A stretch of 64,000 bases of DNA, taken from the NCBI GenBank assembly GCA_965228735.1, contig OZ245838.1:2464001-2528000 (forward strand), written 5' to 3'. The notes under the pieces are model-generated. The model had not been told where the DNA came from and ran no database searches. It worked only from the letters and a program-made list of their open reading frames with translations. Positions 31,076-40,881 of this stretch are shown here, piece by piece; the stretch's first letter is position 1, and each line of letters opens with the position of its first letter. Source of the DNA: Planctomycetota bacterium. Lineage in GTDB: Bacteria > Planctomycetota > UBA1135 > UBA2386. Made by a program: the position numbers and the translations under genes.

Positions 31076-32395
31076 ATGCCCCGCACGCGATCCGAACGCT
31101 TCCCGCGCTCCCGAACGGCCCGCGCCGCCCTGCTGGGCTGTGCCGTATCGCTCACGCTCTGCGCGGCGGCCGCGCAGACCCGCGGCGTGCTGCTCGACAG
31201 CAACGGCGAGCCGCTCGCCGCCGGCACGAACGTCGCGGCCGGGATCGTGGTCCTCGGCGTCGCCTACGGGCTCGACCCGATTCGCCCGCTCGTCGTCGGC
31301 GACGGGGGGACGTTCAGCCTGCCCGGCGGCGCTCCCCACTTCGGCCCCCGTGGCCCGCAATCCGTGTGGCTGCACGTGCGTCGCACCGTCGCCGGGAAGC
31401 GCGAGCGGATCCTCGTCGAGGTGACGGATACCGAGCTCGGTCGACTGCGGTTCGTCCCCGAGCAGCGCCTCGCGACCGGCGTGGTCGTCGACTCGCACGC
31501 CAAGGCCGTTCCGAAGCACGGTTACGGCCTGATCGTGGAAGAGGCCCCCGCCGGGGCTGCTGAGGACGGTGCCGCTGAGGCAAGGGCCGCCAACCGCAAT
31601 GCGTCCGAGAGGCTGTCGGTCCAGCGCACCATCGACCCGCAGTGGCGGCGCGGCGAGTTCGGTCGGTTCGAGCTCTGGGGCTGGCGCTGGCCCGGCGAGT
31701 ACCGGATGACGGCCCGCTACCTCGATCTGGAGCTCGAGAGCGCGCGCCACACGCTGCCGCTCGAGTTCGGTGATCACGTTCGCTTCGAGCTGCCCGCGAC
31801 GGGCTACCTGCAGGTCCAGCTGTCGTGTCCCGAGGGTTTCCCGGAGACGAAGGGCGCGTTCGCCGTGCTGCGCGCGCCGGACGAGACGAGCGCAGACCGC
31901 AGGGAGCAGCGGCGCTGGCTCATGGCGAAGTCGCCGACCAACCTGCGGGTACCCACGGGCACCTACGCGGTCCGAATCGAGCTCCATGGCCAGGTCGTGC
32001 AGGACCTGGGCCAACGCGTCATCCGCCACGCCAGGACGACGGAGGTCGCGGCCGATCTGCGCGAGACGACGCGTATCCTGCGCCTCAGCGTGCTGGACGA
32101 GCGGGGCGAGCCGATCATGCCGGCACGCGCGACGGTCGTCGGATCGCCGGATGCCCCGTTCTCGCACCGGCCCGTGAAGATCGCCGGCAACCACCGCTGG
32201 CTCATCACGCTGCCCGTGCTCGCCGGCGCGGTCGACGTCGAGCTGCCCTGCGCCATGAGGAAGGGCCGCCCGCGGTTCGGTACGGGCCCTGACACGATCG
32301 TCGTCCGCGGGATCGAAGGCGACGCCGTGCTGACCCTGCGCGAACCGAAGGCCGCCGGCGAATCCTGGACCTTCGCCGTGCGACCGCTGCGCTGA
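31076..32395 (+). CDS. Secreted hypothetical protein with carboxypeptidase-regulatory-like beta-sandwich units
   Basis: Signal-like LLGCAVSLTLCAAAA-Q; GVLLDSNGEPLA, GVVVDSHAKAV, SVLDERGEPI repeats. Confidence 0.6.
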   Translation: MPRTRSERFPRSRTARAALLGCAVSLTLCAAAAQTRGVLLDSNGEPLAAGTNVAAGIVVLGVAYGLDPIRPLVVGDGGTFSLPGGAPHFGPRGPQSVWLHVRRTVAGKRERILVEVTDTELGRLRFVPEQRLATGVVVDSHAKAVPKHGYGLIVEEAPAGAAEDGAAEARAANRNASERLSVQRTIDPQWRRGEFGRFELWGWRWPGEYRMTARYLDLELESARHTLPLEFGDHVRFELPATGYLQVQLSCPEGFPETKGAFAVLRAPDETSADRREQRRWLMAKSPTNLRVPTGTYAVRIELHGQVVQDLGQRVIRHARTTEVAADLRETTRILRLSVLDERGEPIMPARATVVGSPDAPFSHRPVKIAGNHRWLITLPVLAGAVDVELPCAMRKGRPRFGTGPDTIVVRGIEGDAVLTLREPKAAGESWTFAVRPLR

Positions 32396-32408
32396 CGGCG
32401 AGTCGCAC

Positions 32409-32495
32409 TCAGCTGCCGATCGAGCCGTTCGAATCGAGCACCCACGGTTCGCTGCCCTGCGCGCCGTCGTTCGCGGCGAAGAACACCCGAACAGG
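32409..32495 (-). pseudogene. Remnant of the last blade of an ELWxxDGT-repeat protein
   Basis: RVFFAANDGAQGSEPWVL is nearly identical to RVFFRADDGVQGSEPWVL in the 40882 protein. Confidence 0.6.
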
Positions 32496-32628
32496 TATTG
32501 CATCGGGGACTCCGGCGCGCCGCATGACCCCGACCGTTCGGAGCGACCAGGCGGCGACGTTCCGTGTCCCCGAGCGGACCCGGCGCCCGGCTGTCACGGT
32601 CGGGCTGCAGAAAACCGGGCCGGGCGCC

Positions 32629-34026
32629 TCAGAGCGCCCCGACGACGCCGGCGATCGCGTTCGTGCTCTTGATCGCCGTCAACGCGACGCCGCTGATCTC
32701 CAACGCGATCATCTGACCGTTGAGCATCAGCCCCGAGAACGACGGATCGTTCGGGATCGGAAACGCGTACGTCGACTGGCCGCCCGTCGGGAACAGCAGC
32801 TGGATCGCGTCGGTCGTGACGAGCAGGTCGCAACCGGGGCCCGCCGCCGGGTGGAACGTGCTGAGCGGGGTCGACTGCGTGCCGAACCCGAAGACCATCG
32901 CGCCGACCGCTCCCGCCGCGAACCCCGACCCGGTCAGGCTCCACGTGCGACTGGTCCATGGCCGCGAGTCGGACGCCAACGTCATGCCACCACAGCCAGC
33001 ACCATTCGCCGTCCCCGACGCGACGACGTCGGCCTGATAGTCGTACGTGTTGGTCGGCACGAGGTTGCCCTGGCCGCTGACCTTGACGGTGGTCTCGAGC
33101 GCCGACACGTAGGCCAGGAAGTAGCGGCTGAAGTAGCCGAGGCCGGGGCGGATCACCCAGTCATTGGTCAGGGTGTCGAACTCGGAAACGCCGTTGAACT
33201 GGTTGGCCGGCGTGCCGCCGTTCCCCGATGGCATCACGACGCGCTGCCGCAGCTCGTCGTAGGTCGCGCCGTTGGCGACGACGCCCTGCGGGTCGGTCGC
33301 GGTCGGGATCAGCGTCCAGTCGTTGCCGTTCCAGCTGTGCACGTCGCGCCGCCACTTGGCTGGCACCGGAAGCGACGCGTCCTGCCCGCCGATGAGCAGC
33401 ACGTCACCGACGTCGGGCCGCGTCACGAGGTGATGCTGCCGGCGCGTCGACGGGACGACGGTCGGCGCCGACTGCACCCACGCTGCGCCGCCGAAGAGCA
33501 GCCACGTGTCGTTGAGGTGCGTGTTCGAGCCGTCGAGGCCGCCGAACATCACGATGCCGTTCGTCGCGGGGTCGAACGCGATCGACGTGAAGCGCCGGGC
33601 GGGCGGACTCGCTGCCGGTGTCACGTTGGTCCACGCGTTGGTGCCGGGATCCCACTCCCAGAGGTCGCCGAGGACGGCGCCGGCCGCGTCCGCGCCGCCG
33701 TAGACGACGAGCTTGTTGCGCGTCGGATCCCACGTGACGCCGGCCTGATGCCGCGGGGGCGGCGAACCGGCCGCGAGGTTCGCGGTCATCTGGGTCCACG
33801 CCGCACCGTCGAAGCGCCACAGGTCGTTCATGCGCGAGCCGCCGGAGTTGCCGGACGTGCCGCCGAACACGTACATGAACGTGCCATCGGTCGCCCCGGG
33901 ATTCTCGCGCCGCAACGGCGGCTCGGTGCCGCCGGTGTTCAAGAGGTTCCAGTCGGGGGCCGGAGCCTGGGCGAAGGCGAGGCCAGAGGTCAGAATGGCG
34001 AGAGCGGTGGTGGAGAGGATTCGCAT
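32629..34026 (-). CDS. Secreted Kelch-repeat protein with the shared CTD
   Basis: Signal peptide ending AFA-Q; YVFGG...NDLWRFDG, VYGG...DLWEWD, MFGG...NDTW; CTD GAGC...PGC...PIPNDPSFSG...STNAIAGVVGAL. Confidence 0.87.
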   Translation of the reverse strand: MRILSTTALAILTSGLAFAQAPAPDWNLLNTGGTEPPLRRENPGATDGTFMYVFGGTSGNSGGSRMNDLWRFDGAAWTQMTANLAAGSPPPRHQAGVTWDPTRNKLVVYGGADAAGAVLGDLWEWDPGTNAWTNVTPAASPPARRFTSIAFDPATNGIVMFGGLDGSNTHLNDTWLLFGGAAWVQSAPTVVPSTRRQHHLVTRPDVGDVLLIGGQDASLPVPAKWRRDVHSWNGNDWTLIPTATDPQGVVANGATYDELRQRVVMPSGNGGTPANQFNGVSEFDTLTNDWVIRPGLGYFSRYFLAYVSALETTVKVSGQGNLVPTNTYDYQADVVASGTANGAGCGGMTLASDSRPWTSRTWSLTGSGFAAGAVGAMVFGFGTQSTPLSTFHPAAGPGCDLLVTTDAIQLLFPTGGQSTYAFPIPNDPSFSGLMLNGQMIALEISGVALTAIKSTNAIAGVVGAL

Positions 34027-34293
34027 CGATCAGGCTCGGCACGTGACAGAAGTGCGGCCAGCCGCGAAAACCGTCACGCGGCTGCCAACTTCCTACCCTA
34101 CGGCCCGCGGGCGTTCGGGTACCCCGCCCCGCGGTCGCATTCTCGTCGCTTCCGCCGCAGATGCGGTTCGACGGATCGCCGGTGCGCGCAACCTCGTGTG
34201 CCCCAGGCATGGCCCGCCAGGCGTCGGCGGTCTTGCCGGTGAGCAGAAATCGTGAACCGGTCCGGCCTTTCGCGCCCACCATGTTCCTTGGCG

Positions 34294-34650
34294 ATGTCAC
34301 CCCTGCCCGACGACCAAGCGCTGACCTCGCACTTCGACCTCGCCCATCGACTCGCGGCGAGCCTGGTCGGCGAAAGCGACGCCGACGACCAGGTTCAGGA
34401 CGCCTACGTCGCCGCGCTCGAGCGACGGCCGTGGGCCGGCGCCGACGATCCGGGCGCGAGCGCGGTGGACGGACCGCGGCTGTTCCGACTCTACGTCGAG
34501 CACGACTACGAACCGGTCTATTTCTCGCAGGCCGTTCGACCACAGGTGCGAGCGGAGAAGCGCGCGCCACCGTGGGCCGCTCTGGCGTCTGGTCCTCGGG
34601 TCGCCAACGCGCTGCGCCTGGCTGCCCTCTGCATCGACGCGACCCGCTGA
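34294..34650 (+). pseudogene. Truncated ECF sigma factor (sigma-2 start only)
   Basis: AHRLAASLVGESDADDQVQDAYVAALERRP resembles ECF region 2, then similarity is lost; no region 4. Confidence 0.55.
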
Positions 34651-34691
34651 GCCGGCTGGCTACAGCGGCTCCGGTTCGCGATACTGCAGCC

Positions 34692-34985
34692 ATGACCGCG
34701 CCCGACTCGGATCGTCCGAACATCATCGAGTACAACGACGACGGCACGTTCACGAAGGAGACGCTCAAGCGCGCAATGAAGGCGCTGAAGAAGCGGCTCA
34801 AGCTGCACCGCCTCGACGAGGAGTCGCGCCTCGGCCACAACGCGATGACCGGCGGGCAACGTTCGGGCATCGTCGCCGTCAAGCCGCCGGAGCAATACCC
34901 GTTGCCGGTCTGGGAAGCGCTCGAGGCGAAAGGCCGCGTGCGTCTCGACCGCAACGGCCTCTGCGAGATCGTGCCGGAGTCGTAG
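34692..34985 (+). CDS. Small basic hypothetical protein
   Basis: Clean 97-aa ORF with strong GC3 bias: LKRAMKALKKRLKLHRLDEESRLG...SGIVAVKPPEQYP..VWEAL; resembles a small conserved planctomycete protein (from memory, unverified). Confidence 0.75.
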   Translation: MTAPDSDRPNIIEYNDDGTFTKETLKRAMKALKKRLKLHRLDEESRLGHNAMTGGQRSGIVAVKPPEQYPLPVWEALEAKGRVRLDRNGLCEIVPES

Positions 34986-35042
34986 TCGTGCCGTCGATGC
35001 CCGGGCAGTCGGCGCCCCGGGGGCCGCGAGTCGGGCGGCCGC

Positions 35043-35441
35043 TCAGAGCTTGTGCGGATTCCGGTTGCGGCACGACCGCAGCGAGCAACGGTCCGGGATC
35101 GTCTTCGTGCCCTCGACCATGAGCGCCCCGCACTTCTTGCCGCGGGTCACGTATCCGCACTTCTTGCCCGTCGGCCGCGCGTCGAAGAAGTGTTTGCAGG
35201 CAGGTTTGTTGAGGCACTTCCAGACCGGACCGAAGCGACCCTTCGTGGCCTGGAAGCCCTTGTGACCGCACTCGGGACACTTCACGAGAACGGGTTCGAG
35301 ATCGGCCTTGCTGTAGTTGCCGCTCACGAAACGCTCCGCCGTGGTCGCAGGCCGGGTCGCCGTGCTCTTGGCCGCCGCCTTCTTCGAGCCGGCCTTCCTC
35401 TGGCCGACTCTCTTCTTGGTCGTGCTCTTCCGCGCTGCCAT
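35043..35441 (-). CDS. Stand-alone topoisomerase-type C4 zinc-ribbon protein with a Lys/Ala-rich N-terminal tail
   Basis: KCPECG...[17 protein letters not shown] and KCG...KCGALMV...RCS..SC. Confidence 0.75.
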   Translation of the reverse strand: MAARKSTTKKRVGQRKAGSKKAAAKSTATRPATTAERFVSGNYSKADLEPVLVKCPECGHKGFQATKGRFGPVWKCLNKPACKHFFDARPTGKKCGYVTRGKKCGALMVEGTKTIPDRCSLRSCRNRNPHKL

Positions 35442-35473
35442 GGCGGGATCGTATCCGCCCACCGCGGCAACCG

Positions 35474-37063
<1,590 letters not shown>

Positions 37064-37109
37064 CCGCAGCCGAACGGCGGCAATTTCGCCGAACTCACCG
37101 CCCGCACCA

Positions 37110-37231
37110 GCCCCGCGCAGCGACCAAACAATCGCCCCGCGCAGCGACCAAACAACCGCCCCGCGCAGCGATCAACCAATCGCCCCGCGCAGCGGCGTAC
37201 CAGCTGCCCCGGACGCAGCGACCTACCAATT
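37110..37231. repeat. 24-bp tandem repeat, about 5 copies (GCCCCGCGCAGCGACCAAACAATC)
   Basis: Units start at 37110, 37134, 37158, 37182 and 37206; the first three are near-identical; the last overlaps the RRM stop codon. Confidence 0.85.
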
Positions 37232-37549
37232 CTCGCGATGACGGCCGCCACCGCCGCCGTGACGGCCACCGCCGCCGCCGCCGCCGCCGCCGCGCGGCTG
37301 ACGTTCCTGCGCTTCGTTCACGCGCAGGTCGCGCCCGTCGAGGTTGGCGCCGTTCAGCGCTTCGATCGCCGCCTGGGCGTCCGCCGCGGTGGCCATCTCG
37401 ACGAACGCGAAGCCGCGCGATTGCCCGGTGTCGCGGTCCAGCATGAGCTTGACCTCGCGCACCTGGCGGGAGTCCTTCTCGAACTCCGCCTTCAGGGTGT
37501 CTTCGGTCGTCTGGTAGGAGAGGTTGCCGACGTAAAGTCTGGTCGTCAT
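37223..37549 (-). CDS. RRM (RNP) RNA-binding protein with a Gly-rich tail
   Basis: RNP2 LYVGNL, RNP1 [17 protein letters not shown], poly-Gly tail. Confidence 0.95.
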   Translation of the reverse strand: MTTRLYVGNLSYQTTEDTLKAEFEKDSRQVREVKLMLDRDTGQSRGFAFVEMATAADAQAAIEALNGANLDGRDLRVNEAQERQPRGGGGGGGGGRHGGGGGRHRENW

Positions 37550-37985
37550 CGAACTGTATCAGTACTCGAATCCAGGTTGCCGCAGCTTCGAGACCGAGTG
37601 CCGTCGCCAACGCAGCAACGGTGCGACACCCGGGAGCCGGACGAATCCGACGCTCGGTAGTCCAGGTCGGACGACACCGAGCGGCCTGCGGCCTTCGGGG
37701 CCCCAGGCGCCACCGCGCGATCACGCGAGATCGATGGGCCGCGAACACGACAGGGCGGCGATTCGGCCGCCCGCCGGTTCGAGCAGCGGCGGACGGTAGC
37801 CGAACGAACGCCGCGGCGCCAGAGCGGCAGATTTTCTCCCGCCCCCCGGCCCTCCGGGGCACCGCTGCCGAATCCGCTCGCCCGCCTCGTGGTTGCCGCC
37901 CCACCCGAAGCCGCGTGGAGCAACCCGATCTGGCGCCTCGGCCCGACCTCCGCCGGCACGCTTGCTCATCCGGACCTACTGAGCT

Positions 37986-38909
37986 TCACCGCCGGACCGG
38001 CTGACCGCCGGTCCCGGCCTTCTTCGGCGGCTTGCCACCGCCGTCCCGAGCGCCGCCGGCCCGCAACTCCGCGACCCGCGGCGCCGGCTTCTCGCGCTTC
38101 TTGCCGGCGAAGAACGCGAACAGGTCGTCGATCATCTCGGGGTTCCGCGCGATCGCGCGCACGTGGTCGCCACCCTCGATCTCGCGGTACTCGTGCTCGA
38201 TCTCACGCTCCTTCATCGCGTCGACCCAGCGCCGCACGATCTCCACGCGCACGAGCCGGTCCTTGTCGCCGGTCACGACGAACACGGGCAGGCCCTTCAT
38301 CGAGTCGAGCCGCGAAGTATCCCGATCGAGCGCGGGGGCGAGCGGCGCGAGGCCGGCCCAGAGCGCCGGATACTTCGAGCCGAGGTAGACGGTGCCAGCG
38401 CCCCCCATCGAGTGACCCATGAGGTAGATGCGCTGCGGGTCGATCACGAACTCACCGCGCACGATCTCGAGGACGTTGAGCACGTCCTGTTCGCTGAGCT
38501 CGCCGAGATTGTCGGGATCCTTGCGGTTCCCGAAGAACGCGCCCTTCTTGCCGGGGCCGCGGGCGCCGTACCAACCGCGACTGTTGTAGCCGTAGGGCGC
38601 GACGACCAGACAACCGCGCGACTCGGCCGCCTTCGTGATGCCGGCGTAGCGCATGACCTGCTGCGGATTGCTGCCCAGGCCGTGCAGCAGCACGACGAGC
38701 GGCGCCGGCGCCTTGCTCTCGTAGCCCTTCGGCACGTAGAGCGCGTACTCCTGGTCGCGGTCGGCAGCGTCGAAGCGATAGGTCCGCTTGACGATCTCGC
38801 CGCGTGGAGTCGACGCGCGTTCTTCCGCCTCCGCGGTCTGGGCCGCGAGCGGCGTGAGCAGGGCGAAGGCGGCGAACCGGAGAAGGCGACGGACGGAGGT
38901 CAGTGACAC
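37986..38909 (-). CDS. Secreted alpha/beta hydrolase (esterase / PHB-depolymerase-like)
   Basis: GTG start; signal peptide ending LAA-Q; YALYVP, PLVVLLHG, IDPQRIYLMGHSMGG, GDKD, GGDH. Confidence 0.87.
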   Translation of the reverse strand: MSLTSVRRLLRFAAFALLTPLAAQTAEAEERASTPRGEIVKRTYRFDAADRDQEYALYVPKGYESKAPAPLVVLLHGLGSNPQQVMRYAGITKAAESRGCLVVAPYGYNSRGWYGARGPGKKGAFFGNRKDPDNLGELSEQDVLNVLEIVRGEFVIDPQRIYLMGHSMGGAGTVYLGSKYPALWAGLAPLAPALDRDTSRLDSMKGLPVFVVTGDKDRLVRVEIVRRWVDAMKEREIEHEYREIEGGDHVRAIARNPEMIDDLFAFFAGKKREKPAPRVAELRAGGARDGGGKPPKKAGTGGQPVRR

Positions 38910-38941
38910 ATGGCCATTGTGAGCGATCGTCGCCCCCCGCG

Positions 38942-40693
38942 CTACGTCCCGACCACGGCCGCGAGCCCGCCGGTCGTCACGAGGCCGAGCGGGTTGTTCG
39001 GCGCGCTCGGGTCGAACACGAACCAGCCGTGCAGGAGCGTGAGCTCCATCAGCGCCAGGGAGAACGGGATCGTCGTCGGCGAGGCCGCGGTTCCCGTCGA
39101 GTCGGTGACGACACCGATCTGGGCGTCGAGCGACAGCCACTGCGTGCAGCCGGGCCCGGCTCCCCACGGGGCCAGGAACCGCGGCAACGGCTGGCCGAGG
39201 TAGGTGGTGTGCGACCAACCGGAGGCGAGGATCGCGAACGTCCCGGCCGGGGCGCCCTGCAGCTCGGGACGATAGGTCGCGCCGAACGCTGGCCGCCCCG
39301 AACACCGGACCGTCGGCACCCCCGCGCTGCCGACGCAGCCACTGCCGAACGGCACGCACCGGCCGTCCGGCGACCGGCGGTTGGCGATCTCGCCGAGCAA
39401 CGCCGCGTGGTTCTGCTGCTCGCTCGGGGTCATCGTTCCGGCCAGCAGGTTCTGGGTCTCCCACGGATCAGTGACGAGGTCGTAGAACCGATCGGCGTTG
39501 CCGCCGTACCAGTGAATCAGCTTGTAGCGGTCGTTGCGGATCGTCGCGTGGCCGTTGGTGTTGGGCGCCGGCCAGGCATCGCCGGTGAACTGCTCGGTGT
39601 AGGCGAAGGTGCGCAGCGGCGACTGCTGCGGATCGGTGAGGTACGGGACGAGGCTCACACCGTCCGTCGCCACCCACGGCGGCAGCGCCGATCCCGCACC
39701 CGTGAGCTCGAGCACGGTCGCGAACACGTCGACGGCGCACGTCAGCGCCGTCACCTCGCGACCCGGACTCACCGTCGCCGGCCCGCGATAGATCAGCGGC
39801 ACGTTGATCCCGCCTTCGTACGGTGTGCCCTTCGCCCGCGACGGGTCGAACGGCGCCACGGCCATGTTCTGTACCGAACCGTTGTCGCCGAGGAAGAGGA
39901 CGTGCGTGTTCGCGAGCGTGGCCGGACCGAGCGTCTGCAGCAGTCGGCCGAGCTCCGTGTCCATCGCCTCGATCATCGCGCGGTATCGATCGCGGTTGCT
40001 CGTCGTCGAGGTCTGGGTGTGCAGGTTGCTCGGCGGGACGTGGAACGGGATGTGCGGCGCGTTGTAGGCCAGGTAGCAGAACCACGGCCCGGACTGACCC
40101 TGGATCCAGGCGAGCGCGTCATCCGTCGTCTTGGTGGTGGCGTACGTCGTCTCCGTCTGTTCGATCCCGTTCTCGACCCGGGGCCAGGCCGTGAAGCTCG
40201 GGAGCTGGCCCCGCAACGCGCCGGTGTAGACATCGAAGCCACCGAACGTGATCGGCGCCGCGTTGCCGAACGAGACGTCGTGCAGGTGCCACTTGCCGAT
40301 GCACGCGTGGCCATGCCCCGTCCCCGCGCGATCCAGCAGGTCGGGCACGGTCCACTCCTCGTCGCGCAGCGTGCCGATCGCCGGGTTGCTGTTGCCGGGA
40401 TGGCGAATCCAGCGCCCCACGAGCGTCCGGTACGGGTGCCGACCCGTGAGGATCGCGGCGCGCGCCGGCGAACAGCTCGGGTAGGCCCAGGTGTTGCGAA
40501 ACAACACGCCCTGCTGCGCCAGCGAGTCGATCGTCGGCGTCGGCGGCGCGTTGTTGCCCTCGCCGTAGCCCGCGACGTAGTCGACGCCGAGGTCGTCCGC
40601 GAGCACGACGAGCACGTTGCTCTGCGCCCGCACGCCGCCGAGCAGCAACGCGAGCGCGAGGATCGGGCCCAAGACCGTGGTGGATCGGGGCAT
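38942..40693 (-). CDS. Secreted formylglycine-dependent sulfatase with the shared CTD
   Basis: NVLVVLADDLG, CSPAR (CxPxR), GKWHL, YNAPH, GDNG, KGTPYEGGINVP, DPWETQNL; CTD FGSGC...PGC...TGGLAAVVGT. Confidence 0.92.
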   Translation of the reverse strand: MPRSTTVLGPILALALLLGGVRAQSNVLVVLADDLGVDYVAGYGEGNNAPPTPTIDSLAQQGVLFRNTWAYPSCSPARAAILTGRHPYRTLVGRWIRHPGNSNPAIGTLRDEEWTVPDLLDRAGTGHGHACIGKWHLHDVSFGNAAPITFGGFDVYTGALRGQLPSFTAWPRVENGIEQTETTYATTKTTDDALAWIQGQSGPWFCYLAYNAPHIPFHVPPSNLHTQTSTTSNRDRYRAMIEAMDTELGRLLQTLGPATLANTHVLFLGDNGSVQNMAVAPFDPSRAKGTPYEGGINVPLIYRGPATVSPGREVTALTCAVDVFATVLELTGAGSALPPWVATDGVSLVPYLTDPQQSPLRTFAYTEQFTGDAWPAPNTNGHATIRNDRYKLIHWYGGNADRFYDLVTDPWETQNLLAGTMTPSEQQNHAALLGEIANRRSPDGRCVPFGSGCVGSAGVPTVRCSGRPAFGATYRPELQGAPAGTFAILASGWSHTTYLGQPLPRFLAPWGAGPGCTQWLSLDAQIGVVTDSTGTAASPTTIPFSLALMELTLLHGWFVFDPSAPNNPLGLVTTGGLAAVVGT

Positions 40694-40881
40694 GGTTGTC
40701 GGGGGATCTGGGTTGGCGTCGCCACCGGTGGGTCGAGACCGCCACGATCCTCGATGGCGCGGGAGCCGTGCAAGTGGCCTTCGCCGATTCAGCGCTCGCG
40801 GCCAACGCGCTGCTCACACCGCAGCGCAACCCGGGCCGAAATCGCTGTCCGCAGCGTCGCGGCCGTGGCGCTCCGGAGCGC

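Noticed and set aside
37110..37231. 24-bp repeats as a CRISPR array
   Set aside because: The units are contiguous with no unique spacers and no cas genes are present
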